Positions 11,133-21,241 of a stretch of DNA of 64,000 bases are shown one piece after another. The notes beneath the pieces are model-generated. The model did not search any database. It saw only the letters and a list, made by a program, of their open reading frames with translations, and was not told the origin of the DNA. The stretch is from an uncultured Myxococcales bacterium (GTDB taxonomy: Bacteria > Myxococcota_A > UBA9042 > PHBI01 > JAAZYN01): the NCBI GenBank assembly GCA_964478315.1, contig CAYZID010000001.1:14619-78618 (forward strand). Direction: 5' to 3'. Position numbers and translations under genes: made by a program. Numbering within the stretch: the stretch's first letter is position 1; each line of letters starts with the position of its first letter.

Positions 11133-12257
11133 TCAGGGGCCGCTCGGCGTGTGGCGCAGGTAGCGGTCGATGTTCGCCTCGTGCTCGGCGCGCGTGGCCG
11201 CGAAGGCGTGGCGGCCCGTCCCGTCGCGGCGAGCCACGAAGTAGAGCAGGTCGTGGCGCTCGGGCTGCATGGCCCCCTCGATCGCCGCCGCCGAGGGCGC
11301 GCAGATGGGCCCCGGCGGGAGCCCGTCGTGGGCGTAGGTGTTGTAGGGGTTCGAGGCGTCCTTTCGCTCGGTGGGTGTGGGGCTGCGGCCCACGCGGTCC
11401 GGGCGGTACATGAGGGTGGGATCCGTCTCGAACCGCATGCCCCGCTCCATGCGGTTGTAGAACACGCCCGCGATGCGCGGCGCCTCGGCGGCCACGCGCA
11501 TCTCCTCTTGGACCAGGCTCGCCAACACCAGCAGGTCGCGGTCCGCGAGCCCGTAGCGCGCGCGGAGCGCCGCGCGGTCGGCCCGGTGTCGCTCCGCCAG
11601 CCGCCGCCAGCGCCGGACGAAGGTCTCGGCCAGCAGGCGCAGCGTCTCGCGCGTGGGCGTCCCCACCGCCAGGCGGAACGTGTCGGCGGCTAAGACGCCC
11701 TCCAGGTAGGTCTGGGGCACGCGGTCCGGGCGCGGGGCCCGCGGCGGCCCCACGAGGTCCGCGAGGAGCCTCGCGTCCGCGCTCCCAGCCGGGAGCAGCC
11801 CCAGGGCCGCCCGGCGGTCCGCCGCCAGTGCCAACACCTCCGCGCGCGTGCCTACCCCGGCGCGCTCCACCCGGTCCGCGAGCTGCCAGAGGGCCTCGCC
11901 GGGTGGCAGCATGAGGTCCACCTGCCCGCTCGTCGGGGGGCGCAGCAGCGCGGCGGCGATGTCGAGGGAGTGGGCGTCCCCGGGCAGCTCGTAGACCCCG
12001 GGTTGAAGCGCGGCGAAGGCCCCCTCGCGCTGGAGCACCTGCCGCAGCACCCAGGGGTGCGGGGCGAGCCCCGCCCGCTCCAGCGCCGCGACCACGGCCG
12101 CCGGTCCGTCGCCCCGCCGCACCGTGACGGACACGGTGGACGGGTTGCCGCCGGGCCGGTCGAACACCATCCACACCCCCGCCGCGCCGCCCGCGACGAC
12201 GAAGGCCAGCGCGCTCCACAACGCCCAGCGCCACGGGCTCCGGCCGCGCCCCCCCAC
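11133..12257 (-). CDS. mltG: endolytic murein transglycosylase MltG (YceG-like)
   Basis: N-terminal TM anchor. Conserved YceG motifs (FYNRMERGMRFETDPTLMY; NPYNTYAHDGLPPGPICAPSAAAIEGA). Adjacent to ruvX as in many bacteria. Confidence 0.8.
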   Translation of the reverse strand: MGGRGRSPWRWALWSALAFVVAGGAAGVWMVFDRPGGNPSTVSVTVRRGDGPAAVVAALERAGLAPHPWVLRQVLQREGAFAALQPGVYELPGDAHSLDIAAALLRPPTSGQVDLMLPPGEALWQLADRVERAGVGTRAEVLALAADRRAALGLLPAGSADARLLADLVGPPRAPRPDRVPQTYLEGVLAADTFRLAVGTPTRETLRLLAETFVRRWRRLAERHRADRAALRARYGLADRDLLVLASLVQEEMRVAAEAPRIAGVFYNRMERGMRFETDPTLMYRPDRVGRSPTPTERKDASNPYNTYAHDGLPPGPICAPSAAAIEGAMQPERHDLLYFVARRDGTGRHAFAATRAEHEANIDRYLRHTPSGP

Positions 12258-12263
12258 GGCGGC

Positions 12264-12752
12264 TCAGCCCTCGCCTTCGCCCGCCGCGGGCGGCGGGGGG
12301 GCGCCCGCGTCCAGGTAGGCCTGGAGGATGAGGGACGCCGCCACCTTGTCCACGTGGTCCTTGACGCCCAGGCGCTTCTTCTTCCGGGAGCGCCCCTGCC
12401 CGCCGCGCCCGCGCGGGCCGCCCCGGCCCGTGGCCTGGATGGCGCGCTCGGCTTCGCGCGAGGTGAACCGCTCGTCCAGGCGCGCCACCGGGAGCCCCGT
12501 CACCTGGGCGAGCTTCTTGGCGTAGCGCTCGGCGGTCTGCGCCATCTCGCCCTGGGATCCGTCGAGCTCGTAGGGGATGCCCACGACGAAGGCCTCCACC
12601 TCGTGTTCGCGGGCGAGCTCGACGACCCGGGCGATTTGCTGCCCCTTGTCCTTCTCGTGGAGGACGGTCAGCGGGCTCGCCACGGTCCCCGTGGGGTCAC
12701 TCAAGGCGAGGCCGATGCGGGCCAGGCCGAAGTCGATGCCGAGGATGCGCAC
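12264..12752 (-). CDS. ruvX: Holliday-junction resolvase-like nuclease RuvX (YqgF)
   Basis: N-terminus MRILGIDFGLARIGLALSD and EAFVVGIPYELDGSQGEMA match YqgF/RuvX family. Confidence 0.85.
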   Translation of the reverse strand: MRILGIDFGLARIGLALSDPTGTVASPLTVLHEKDKGQQIARVVELAREHEVEAFVVGIPYELDGSQGEMAQTAERYAKKLAQVTGLPVARLDERFTSREAERAIQATGRGGPRGRGGQGRSRKKKRLGVKDHVDKVAASLILQAYLDAGAPPPPAAGEGEG

Positions 12753-12804
12753 GGGGGCAGCTCCTGGGGGGGGGAGGTTGAGAGCCCTGCTCCGGGAGCC
12801 CGGC

Positions 12805-13728
12805 TCAGAGCTTCAAGGTGAAGCCGTTGGCGTGGATGGCGAGCAGGTCCATGGACAGGGCGACGCCGTAGTGGAGCGCCACGCCGAGCCACACGGAGCG
12901 GTGTTTCAACGCCAGCCACCCGAGGGTCATGCCCGCGAGGATGGCGCCCAGCGTCTCGGGAAGGGGCTTGCCGAAGTGGGCGGTGACGTAGGGCACGACC
13001 ATGAGGGGCAGGGCGTAGGCGCCGAAGTCGCGCTCGAGCCCGAAGGCCAGGTAGCCGCGCCAGAAGCTCTCCCCCGCCACGAAGATGAGGAAGTAGAAGG
13101 CCTCGTAGAGCAGAAACTGGTGGAGGAGGATGACGTGGTCGGGCCCGATCATCGCCCGGCTCATGGGGTACTTGGCCTGGAACGCGGCGGTCTGAGCCAC
13201 CCCGATGACGAAGGGGAGCACGCCGAGAAAGAGCGCGAGGTACACGGGCCAGATCCGGCGCACGGCCGGCGGGTGGGGGTTCCGTGGCGCGTAGAGGCCC
13301 AGGGTGGCCGGGGAGCGCCGGAGGACCCACCAGGCGAAGGCGAAGGGCAACACCAGGCGGAAGAAGAAGGAGCCCAGCGAGAAGTAGAGGAAGGCGAACA
13401 CGGGGCCGAAGGGCCCCTGGGGCGGGACGTACTCGCGGATTACCCGGTTGTAGGTGTCCATGCGCCCGTAGAACCAGAACGCGAGGAAGGCCACGATCCC
13501 GAAGGCCAGCAGCGCCCAGGTCTGTCCGCGGACGCGCCGGAGCGCGTCCAGGCCGTGGAAGGCCGTGAAGACGGCGAGCACCGCCGTGAGCCCCACGAGC
13601 ACGTGGACGCCCTGCCACTTGCTGCCGTGGAGGAAGCCGAAGCGATAGCGGAGCACGACCTGCACCGCGACCAGGGCGAGCATGATGAGGACGGGGAGCA
13701 CGCGGGCTCGCGGCGTCTCGGGCCCCAT
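12805..13728 (-). CDS. CPBP (CAAX protease) family intramembrane metalloprotease
   Basis: Multi-TM protein with EExxxR-like motif (YEAFYFLIFVAGESFWRGY) and the downstream His motifs of the CPBP family. The track ORF extends to 14100 with an Arg-rich N-terminus overlapping scoB. ATG at 13728 chosen. A GTG at 13866 is an alternative. Confidence 0.6.
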   Translation of the reverse strand: MGPETPRARVLPVLIMLALVAVQVVLRYRFGFLHGSKWQGVHVLVGLTAVLAVFTAFHGLDALRRVRGQTWALLAFGIVAFLAFWFYGRMDTYNRVIREYVPPQGPFGPVFAFLYFSLGSFFFRLVLPFAFAWWVLRRSPATLGLYAPRNPHPPAVRRIWPVYLALFLGVLPFVIGVAQTAAFQAKYPMSRAMIGPDHVILLHQFLLYEAFYFLIFVAGESFWRGYLAFGLERDFGAYALPLMVVPYVTAHFGKPLPETLGAILAGMTLGWLALKHRSVWLGVALHYGVALSMDLLAIHANGFTLKL

Positions 13729-13898
13729 CCCGGGCGTCCGAGGCGAGGCGAGCGCGCGCACCCAACCCCGCGGGCCGCCGACGTGAGCGCCCGCCGGGGC
13801 CGCAGCCCCCGCGGACGCGGCGCCCCCGGGCGGCGGCTCGGGGCGAGCCTCGCCCGGGGTGTCCACCGCCTCGTCCGCGGTCGCCGGGAGGTCGCCGC

Positions 13899-14570
13899 TC
13901 AGACCTCGATCGTCTTGAGCGGCTCGGCGACCTCGAAGCGCGCCTCGGTGCGCTCGCGGATACCCTCGACCGTCTCGCCCGGGGCGATCTCGGTGAGCAC
14001 CAGCTTCTTGCCGCCGGCGCCGTCGTCCACGACGTCGAACCAGCCCAGGTCCGTGACGATGTGGTGGACGACGCCCTTGCCCGTGAGCGGGAGCGTGCAC
14101 TCGCGCAGGACCTTGGCGTCGCCGCGCTTGTTGTTGTGGGTCATGACGATGACCACGCGCTTGGCGCCGGCCACGAGGTCCATGGCCCCGCCCATGCCCT
14201 TGACCATCTTGCCGGGGATCATCCAGTTGGCGAGGTCCCCCTGCTCGCTCACCTGCATGGCGCCCAGGACGCTCAGGTCCACGTGGCCGCCGCGGATCAT
14301 GGCGAAGGACTCGGCGCTGGAGAAGAAGGCCGAGCCGGGCATGGTCGTGACCGTCTCCTTCCCGGCGTTGATGAGGTCGGGGTCCTCATCTCCCTCATAC
14401 GGGTAGGGGCCGATGCCCAGCAGCCCGTTCTCGGACTGGAGGACGACCTCCATCCCCTCGGGGACGTGGTTGGCCACCATCGTGGGCATCCCGATGCCCA
14501 GGTTGACGTAGAAGCCGTCTCGCAGCTCTTGAGCGACGCGCTTGACGATCTCCGTGCGGGTCAGTGCCAT
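13899..14570 (-). CDS. scoB: 3-oxoacid CoA-transferase subunit B
   Basis: Strong family similarity (NLGIGMPT...[12 protein letters not shown]...). ATG at 14570 with GGAGGAG 6-7 nt upstream. Confidence 0.85.
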   Translation of the reverse strand: MALTRTEIVKRVAQELRDGFYVNLGIGMPTMVANHVPEGMEVVLQSENGLLGIGPYPYEGDEDPDLINAGKETVTTMPGSAFFSSAESFAMIRGGHVDLSVLGAMQVSEQGDLANWMIPGKMVKGMGGAMDLVAGAKRVVIVMTHNNKRGDAKVLRECTLPLTGKGVVHHIVTDLGWFDVVDDGAGGKKLVLTEIAPGETVEGIRERTEARFEVAEPLKTIEV

Positions 14571-14592
14571 GGCTGTCTCCTCCGTCGCTCGG

Positions 14593-15291
14593 TCAGGGCC
14601 GCGGGCGGGTCGTGACCCGCTCGATGGGCTTCTCATAGTTCACGCCTTCGACGATGCGCTGCACGTAGATGCCCGGCGTGTGGATGGCGTCGGGGTCCAG
14701 CTCGCCGGCCGGCACCAGGTGCTCGACCTCGGCGATGGTGATGCGCCCCGCCGTGGCCATCATGGGGTTGAAGTTGCGCGCGGTCTTTCGATAGATGAGG
14801 TTGCCGTGCGTGTCGCCCATGTACGCCTTGACGAAGGCGAAGTCGGCCCGCAGCCCGAGCTCCATGACGCAGGGGACCCCGTCGAAGACGCGCGTCTCCT
14901 TGCCCTCGGCGACCTTCGTGCCGTAGCCCGTGGGCGTGAAGAAGGCGCGGATGCCAGCGCCGCCGGCGCGAATGCGCTCAGCCAGGGTCCCCTGGGGGAT
15001 GAGCTCCACGTCCAGCTCGCCCGACAGGAACTGGCGCTCGAACTCCTTGTTCTCCCCGACGTAGCTGGACTTCATGCCGCGGATCTGGTGGTTGTCCAGC
15101 CACAGCCCCAGCCCGACCCCGTCGATCCCGCAGTTGTTGCTGATGACCAGGAGATCCTTGGTTCCCTTGTCATGGACCGCCCGGATGAGGTTCTCCGGGT
15201 TGCCGCTCAACCCGAACCCGCCCACCATCACCGACGCGCCGTCGGAGAGGTCGAAGATCGCCTCCGCCGCGCTCGCGAATACCTTGTTCAC
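14593..15291 (-). CDS. scoA: 3-oxoacid CoA-transferase subunit A
   Basis: Family motifs ([17 protein letters not shown]; [24 protein letters not shown]). GTG at 15291 gives an N-terminus aligning with AtoD/ScoA. Confidence 0.85.
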   Translation of the reverse strand: MNKVFASAAEAIFDLSDGASVMVGGFGLSGNPENLIRAVHDKGTKDLLVISNNCGIDGVGLGLWLDNHQIRGMKSSYVGENKEFERQFLSGELDVELIPQGTLAERIRAGGAGIRAFFTPTGYGTKVAEGKETRVFDGVPCVMELGLRADFAFVKAYMGDTHGNLIYRKTARNFNPMMATAGRITIAEVEHLVPAGELDPDAIHTPGIYVQRIVEGVNYEKPIERVTTRPRP

Positions 15292-15387
15292 ATCGCCTCC
15301 TGGACCTGAGCCACAGCCGCCGCGCGGGGCCACTCCCCCCGCGCTCGCCCGCTGGGCCTCCCAGTCCTATCACCCTCGTGACGGGCG

Positions 15388-17193
15388 TCAATCCCGCCCG
15401 GTCCGCAGGTCCTTGAGGCGAAGCTGGAGGCGCGTCCTACCCTTGTAGGTGTTGAGCTCGGGGACGTAGGCCACGTCCACGACCGCGCCCACGCGGGGGC
15501 GCCGCGACGCCATGGAGAAGGCGATGGCCTCCAGCCAGGGGCCGCCGCCGGGATCTTGGAGCCGCAAGCGCAAGTGCGTGCGGTCCTTGCCGATGATGAG
15601 CGCGTCGCGCACGATCACCCCGCGCGCCACGAAGCAGGGCTCGGGGTTCCCGGCCCCGAAGGGGGCGAGCTCCTGGACGCGCTCGGCCAGCGTCCAGAGG
15701 TCCTCGCCCAGCGACACCTCGGCGTCCACGCGCAGCCGCGGCTGGAGGTGCCGCTCGTCGAGCCCCGCGCGCGCCTGGGCGTCCAGCCGGCGCGCCAGCT
15801 CGGGCACGAGGCGCGTGGGCAAGGTCACCCCGGCGGCGTGGTCGTGGCCGCCGAAGCGCGTGAGGAGCTCGGCCACGCGCTCCAGCTCCCGCACCAGGCG
15901 GAAGCCGGGGACCGAGCGGCCGGAGCCCGTGGCGTCGTCGTCGGGCCCATCCCCGGCTCGGAGGAGGATCGTGGGGCGGTGGTAGCGCTCGGCCACCCTG
16001 GAGGCGACGATGCCCAGCACGCCCGGGTGCCACCCTGGCGCTGCCAAGACGATGGCTCGCCGCTCGGGGGGCCTGTGGGCCGCCCCCTCGACGAGCGCGC
16101 AGGCCTCCTCGAAGACCTGGCGTTGGAGGTCCTGCCGGGCCACGTTCAGCGCGTCCACCTCCTCCGCCAGGGCCTCCGCGCGCGCCGGGTCCTCGGTCGT
16201 GAGCAGCTCCAGCCCCGCGTCCGCGTGGGCAAGGCGCCCCGCGGCGTTGAGGCGCGGCCCGAGCTGGAAGCCCACGCGCCCCGCCGTGGGTGTGCGCTCG
16301 CCGAGATCGCTGACACGCCACAGCGCCGCCAACCCCGGCCGCGCCGCGCGGGGGCCCAGCAGGGGCAACCCGGCGCGGACGAACACGCGGTTGAGCCCCC
16401 GGAGGGGCACGACGTCCGCCACCGTACCGACCCCTACGAGGTCCAGCCACCGCCGCAGGTCGGGCTCGGGCCGGTCGCGGAAGACCCCCGCCTGGCGCAG
16501 TCGGCGGCGCAGGGCGACGAGCAGCAGCCAGGTCACGCCGCAGGCCGCGAGCTCGGCGTCCGGGTAGGCGCAGCCGGGGCGCTTGGGGTCCACGACCGCC
16601 GCGGCGTCGGGCAAGACGTCGGGCAGCTCGTGGTGGTCGACGACGATGACGTCGGCGCCCTCCTCGCGGGCGGCCGCCACAGCCTCCACCCCGCGGATGC
16701 CGCAATCTACCGCGATGAACAACCCCACGCCCTGGCGCGCCAGCTCACGCAGGCGCCCGGCGTGGAGCCCGTAGCCCTCCACGAAGCGGTCGGGGACGAA
16801 GGTGCGGACCGCGACCCCCAGGGCGCGGAAGAACCAGACGAGCTGCGCCGCGGAGGTCACACCGTCCACGTCGTAGTCTCCCCAGACGCAGATGGTTTCG
16901 CCGGTGTTCAGGGCGTGGACGATGCGCTCCACGGCCTCGTCGATGCCCTCTAGGAGCGAGGGGTCGGCCATGTCGGCGAGGCGCGGCCGGAGAAAGCGGC
17001 GCGCTTCGCCCGGGTCGCGCAAGCCGCGGTTCACCAGCAGCGTCGCCGTGAGGGGATCCACGCCGAGGGTTCGTGCCAGCGTGTCCACCGCCGCGCGGTC
17101 GGGCGCCGCGACGTCCCAGCGCCGCGCGGGGGCGGCGGGCGGGGACCCCGGGGCGGGGGCCGAGGCCGGGGAAGATGAGGCCGGGGGAGACAT
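15388..17193 (-). CDS. recJ: single-stranded-DNA-specific exonuclease RecJ
   Basis: DHH motifs (ICVWGDYDVDGVTSAAQL; DVIVVDHHE) and DHHA1 region. ATG at 17193. The 272-aa upstream extension in the track overlaps secF and is rejected. Confidence 0.85.
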   Translation of the reverse strand: MSPPASSSPASAPAPGSPPAAPARRWDVAAPDRAAVDTLARTLGVDPLTATLLVNRGLRDPGEARRFLRPRLADMADPSLLEGIDEAVERIVHALNTGETICVWGDYDVDGVTSAAQLVWFFRALGVAVRTFVPDRFVEGYGLHAGRLRELARQGVGLFIAVDCGIRGVEAVAAAREEGADVIVVDHHELPDVLPDAAAVVDPKRPGCAYPDAELAACGVTWLLLVALRRRLRQAGVFRDRPEPDLRRWLDLVGVGTVADVVPLRGLNRVFVRAGLPLLGPRAARPGLAALWRVSDLGERTPTAGRVGFQLGPRLNAAGRLAHADAGLELLTTEDPARAEALAEEVDALNVARQDLQRQVFEEACALVEGAAHRPPERRAIVLAAPGWHPGVLGIVASRVAERYHRPTILLRAGDGPDDDATGSGRSVPGFRLVRELERVAELLTRFGGHDHAAGVTLPTRLVPELARRLDAQARAGLDERHLQPRLRVDAEVSLGEDLWTLAERVQELAPFGAGNPEPCFVARGVIVRDALIIGKDRTHLRLRLQDPGGGPWLEAIAFSMASRRPRVGAVVDVAYVPELNTYKGRTRLQLRLKDLRTGRD

Positions 17194-17285
17194 GACGGGC
17201 GGCTCCGTGAAACGACCGCGCCCGACACCTTGCGGGGTCGGGCGCGGGGTGGGGCGCGCGCGGCGCCCCGGGGTGGCCGGGAAGA

Positions 17286-18668
17286 TCAGGCGGGTGAGGC
17301 CTTGGGAGCGTGCTTGCGCTGCCCCTTGCCCTTGCCCTCCTTGGTCTTGAGGTAGCCGTCCATGTAGTAGACGAGCGGGCTCGCCACGAAGATGGAGGAG
17401 TAGGTCCCCACGAAGATGCCGATGAACAGCGCCAGGGCGAAGTCTCGGATGAGCCCACCGCCCAGCACGAGGATGGCGATGACCACGAACATCGTCGTCA
17501 GCGAGGTGAACACGGTTCGCGACAGCGTGCTGTTGATGGCCTGGTTGAGCAGCAGCTTCACATCGCGTCCGCGGTAGGCGTCGAAGGTCTCGCGCACGCG
17601 GTCCATGACGACGATGGTGTCGTTCAAGGAGTAGCCGACGATGGTGAGCAGCGCGGCGATGATGGGCAGGGAGAACTTCACCTGGAAGATGGCGAAGAGG
17701 CCGATCGTGATAAGGACGTCGTGCACCAAGGCGACGACGGCGCCGGGGGCGTATCGGAAGTCGAACCGCAGCGTGATGTAGATGAGGATGCCGATGATGG
17801 CGTAGAGCACGGCGAGGAGGCCGTTGGCGAGGAGGTCGTGGCCCACGGACGGCGATACGCTGGTCGAGGACTCCACCGCCACGAAGGCCTTGCCGAAGTC
17901 CTGGGAGAGCTTGGCCGAGACCTTGCTCTTGAGCTCCTGGACGCTGACGGTGAAGCGCTTGTCCTTCTTGTCTCCCTGGAGCTCGCTCTGGATGCGCGCC
18001 TCGCACCCGGCGAGTTGGTCCTCCAGGTCGGCCTCGGCGTCCGACTGGTCAGCGCCGCTCTGCTCGGAGCCCAGGAGGCTGATCCACTCGTAGCAGTTCA
18101 CGCGGAGCTGCCGTTCATAGTCAGCGATGACGGTGATGTGCTCGTAGCCCAGGTCCTTGAACATCTTCCGCAGGGCCTCATACCGGCCCGTGACCTGCGC
18201 CTCCTCGGGGAAGGTCAGGTAGAAGATGTCGGTCCCCTCCCCGGGCGAGTCCACGTGGGTCTTGTCGCCGAAGGTGGCCTTCACCTTGTCGACGATGGCC
18301 TGCTTCTTCTCCGGGGTGAGCAGCGACGTCACCTCACTGTAGACCAGGAAGCGCTCGGTGGACTTGCCGCCCGTCTCCGAGACCACGCCCGAGTCGAAGT
18401 CCTGGACGGTCACCTGGGAGTCCTTGAGCCCCAGGTCGTCGTGGAGCAGGGAGGCCATGGAGTCTTCGAGCTTCTGGCGGTCCACCTGGGAGGCGGCGTC
18501 GAAGGCGACGATGACCGAGCTGCCGCCCTTGAAGTCGATGCCCAGGTTCAGGCCCATGACGAGCCAGGCCACGAGGCTGATGACGACGAGCGTCGTGGAC
18601 AGGCCGATGGCCTTCCCGCGCATGCCGAGGAAATCGACGTGGATATCGTCGGGGATGAGCTTGAACAT
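17286..18668 (-). CDS. secF: protein translocase subunit SecF
   Basis: SecF membrane-domain similarity. ATG at 18668 lies 10 nt after the secD stop. Confidence 0.9.
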   Translation of the reverse strand: MFKLIPDDIHVDFLGMRGKAIGLSTTLVVISLVAWLVMGLNLGIDFKGGSSVIVAFDAASQVDRQKLEDSMASLLHDDLGLKDSQVTVQDFDSGVVSETGGKSTERFLVYSEVTSLLTPEKKQAIVDKVKATFGDKTHVDSPGEGTDIFYLTFPEEAQVTGRYEALRKMFKDLGYEHITVIADYERQLRVNCYEWISLLGSEQSGADQSDAEADLEDQLAGCEARIQSELQGDKKDKRFTVSVQELKSKVSAKLSQDFGKAFVAVESSTSVSPSVGHDLLANGLLAVLYAIIGILIYITLRFDFRYAPGAVVALVHDVLITIGLFAIFQVKFSLPIIAALLTIVGYSLNDTIVVMDRVRETFDAYRGRDVKLLLNQAINSTLSRTVFTSLTTMFVVIAILVLGGGLIRDFALALFIGIFVGTYSSIFVASPLVYYMDGYLKTKEGKGKGQRKHAPKASPA

Positions 18669-18677
18669 GCGCGGTCC

Positions 18678-20525
18678 TCAGATGGAGAGCGTCTTCGGCT
18701 GACGCTTGTTCAGGTACCACTCGAACATCCGGTGGCTCACGTAGACCGCCGTGAAGACCGAGCAGATGATGCCGATGAGCAGGGTCACCGCGAAGCCGCG
18801 GATGGGCCCGCTGGTGTAGTTCAGCAGGATGATGCCCGCGAGGGCGGTCGTGATGTTGGCGTCGAGCACCGTGGAGAGCGCCTTCTCGAAGCCGGCCTCC
18901 ACCGAGGCCCGCGGACTCCTACCGCCGCTGATCTCCTCGCGGATGCGTTCGAAGATGATGATGTTGGCGTCCACCGCCATCCCGATGGTGAGGATGATGC
19001 CCGCCATGCCCGGCAGCGTGAGCGCCGAGTTCATGCTCACCAGCAGCATGAGGATGAGGAACATGTTGATTGTCAAGGCCGCCACGGCGATGAGGCCGCT
19101 GAAGCGGTAGTAGATGAGCATGAAGAGGATGACGAAGAGCATCCCTACGCCCATGGCCATCTCCCCCGCGACGACGCTGTCGGCGCCCAGGCTTGGGCCC
19201 ACCTCGTAGTGGTGGACCTCATAGACCGGCGCCTTGTACGCGCCGTTGTTGAGCACGGTCACCAGGGATCGAGAGTCTTCGAGCTTCGCCTGGGGCGTGG
19301 CGCCTCCCATGGTGATGCGGGCGCGGCCGCCGCCGATCTTCTCCTTGATGACCGGGGCCGAGTTGATGTCCTCGTCCAGCATGATGGCCATGTAGTTGCC
19401 GACGTTCTTCTCGGTGAGCTCCGCGAAGATGCGGGCGCCCTCGGCGTTGAAGTCCAGACTCACGTAGGGGCCCTGCTCGTCGTAGAGGACCTGGGCGCGG
19501 GCCAGATGGTCCCCCGTGATCTCCGCTTTGGCGAAGAGCAACATCGTCCGGTAGAACTTCTCCTTGGTGATGTTCCCCTCGCGGATCGTGTCCTGCTCGA
19601 AACCCACCAAGTGCCCGGCGGGTACCTGGAGGGTGCGGACGAAGCGGACGATCTCGCTCTTGCGCTGGGAGCGGAGGTAGGGCCCGTACCAGTGGTCCTT
19701 GGGGTGCAGGCGCTTGCGCTCGGCGTCCGTGGCGATGAGCTCCAGGGTGCCCACCCAGTCCTTGTTGGCCGGGTCGTTCTTGTAGGCCTCGAAGGCGGCC
19801 TTCTGCTTGGCTAGCCAGTCGTTCTCGGTGTCCACCATGCGCAGGCCGAGCTGGGCCGTCTGACCCACGCGCTCCCGCACGAGCTGGACCTGCTTGGAGC
19901 TCACGCCCGGGATCTGCACGACGATGTCGCTGTCGCCCGCCACGCGCACGTCGGGGTCCACCAGCCCGAAGGCCTCCACGCGCTTCTGGATGGTCGAGCG
20001 CGTCTGCGTGACGACCTCCTCGCGGACCTTCGCCACGAACTTGTCGAGCATGACCAGCTCCCAGGTCTTGTCATCCACCGCCACGTAGTCGTACCGGTTG
20101 TCCAAGGTGTCCCGGAAGTCCCCGTCGTCGAGGAGTTTGGCCGTCTGTGCGTCGTGGAAGATGAGCCGGATCGTCTGGTACTCCGGCACCTCCACTTGGA
20201 CGTTGGCCGCGTACTTGTTCCACTCGGCGTGCGGCAGGTCTTGGGCGTTCTTGCCGTCGGCCTTGGCGAGCTCGTCGACGATGCGCGACTTCACCGTGTC
20301 GGCCAGCTTGCGCCCGTTCTGCTCGATGGCCTTCTTCCAGTCCACCGTGTAGCGCAGCTCCAACCCCCCCTGGAGGTCGAGGCCGTAGTTCAGCTTCTTG
20401 CTGAAGATGTTGTTGTACCAGTCGGGCAACGCGTCCTTGCCCAGCAGGGTCGGGAGCGTGTACGCCACGCTGAGGACCACGAGGCCCCACAACATGAACG
20501 TGCGCCAGGGGTGCTTCTTTTCCAT
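18678..20525 (-). CDS. secD: protein translocase subunit SecD
   Basis: SecD periplasmic and membrane domains. Conserved yajC-secD-secF order. Confidence 0.9.
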   Translation of the reverse strand: MEKKHPWRTFMLWGLVVLSVAYTLPTLLGKDALPDWYNNIFSKKLNYGLDLQGGLELRYTVDWKKAIEQNGRKLADTVKSRIVDELAKADGKNAQDLPHAEWNKYAANVQVEVPEYQTIRLIFHDAQTAKLLDDGDFRDTLDNRYDYVAVDDKTWELVMLDKFVAKVREEVVTQTRSTIQKRVEAFGLVDPDVRVAGDSDIVVQIPGVSSKQVQLVRERVGQTAQLGLRMVDTENDWLAKQKAAFEAYKNDPANKDWVGTLELIATDAERKRLHPKDHWYGPYLRSQRKSEIVRFVRTLQVPAGHLVGFEQDTIREGNITKEKFYRTMLLFAKAEITGDHLARAQVLYDEQGPYVSLDFNAEGARIFAELTEKNVGNYMAIMLDEDINSAPVIKEKIGGGRARITMGGATPQAKLEDSRSLVTVLNNGAYKAPVYEVHHYEVGPSLGADSVVAGEMAMGVGMLFVILFMLIYYRFSGLIAVAALTINMFLILMLLVSMNSALTLPGMAGIILTIGMAVDANIIIFERIREEISGGRSPRASVEAGFEKALSTVLDANITTALAGIILLNYTSGPIRGFAVTLLIGIICSVFTAVYVSHRMFEWYLNKRQPKTLSI

Positions 20526-20648
20526 CGTTCACCAACCTCTTGGGGGTCGTCTCGCCGGGGGTCGTCTCACCGGGACAGGGGCTCAGCGCCGGTGACCGGG
20601 CTCGCTCACTGCGCGGATAGGCGGAGGCCGTGCGGACCTCGTGCGCGC

Positions 20649-21062
20649 TCAGTTCTGGGGGGCCTCGGACAGCTCCTTCTCGGCGTCCGCGGAGGCGCGG
20701 TGAGCCACGAAGTTGCGGAGGATCTGAATGCGGGTGTTCTTTGCCACCTCGAGGGTCACCTTGTTGTCCTTGATGGACGTAATCTTGCCGAAGATCCCGC
20801 TGGACGTGATGACCTGGTCGCCAGGCTTGAGGGCCTCAACGAACTCCTTGTGCTTCTTGGCCTTCTTCTGCTGCGGCCGAATGAGGAAGAAATAGAAGAC
20901 GACCAGCATGAGCCCCAAGAAGATGAGGCTCTCCATGCCACCACCTGCTGGGGGCGCGCCCCCAGCAGGGGCACCGCCAGCCGAGGGCGCCGCGCCAGAG
21001 GTGGTTGCTGGGCTGCCGAGGCTCTCTTGGGCCAGGAAAAGAAAGGCCAGGATGTGATCCAA
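20649..21062 (-). CDS. yajC: preprotein translocase subunit YajC
   Basis: FLGLMLVVFYFFLIRPQQKKAKKHKEFVEALKPGDQVITSSGIFGKI is a canonical YajC core. The true start may be the internal ATG at 20936. Confidence 0.75.
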   Translation of the reverse strand: MDHILAFLFLAQESLGSPATTSGAAPSAGGAPAGGAPPAGGGMESLIFLGLMLVVFYFFLIRPQQKKAKKHKEFVEALKPGDQVITSSGIFGKITSIKDNKVTLEVAKNTRIQILRNFVAHRASADAEKELSEAPQN

Positions 21063-21241
21063 GGAGGATCTCCCCCGCGGGGCCCGAAAAAGGGTGTAAC
21101 CCGCTGGAATCTATAAGGAAAATGTGCTCTGTCCGCCCCAAGCGGGCAACAACGGATAGCAGACGGGGTGCGGAGGGTCAACAACAACGCGCCGCTCGCG
21201 GCGCGCGCGGGGGCCGGCCCGCTGGGGGAAGCGGTGCTCGC

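Noticed and set aside
12577-14406. 609-aa plus-strand ORF
   Set aside because: Antisense of ruvX/CPBP/scoB. Low complexity.
17194-18006. N-terminal 272-aa extension of the recJ ORF in the track
   Set aside because: Overlaps secF on the same strand in another frame and is Arg/His/Pro low complexity. RecJ homology begins at the ATG at 17193.
17310-19814. 834-aa plus-strand ORF
   Set aside because: Antisense of secF/secD.
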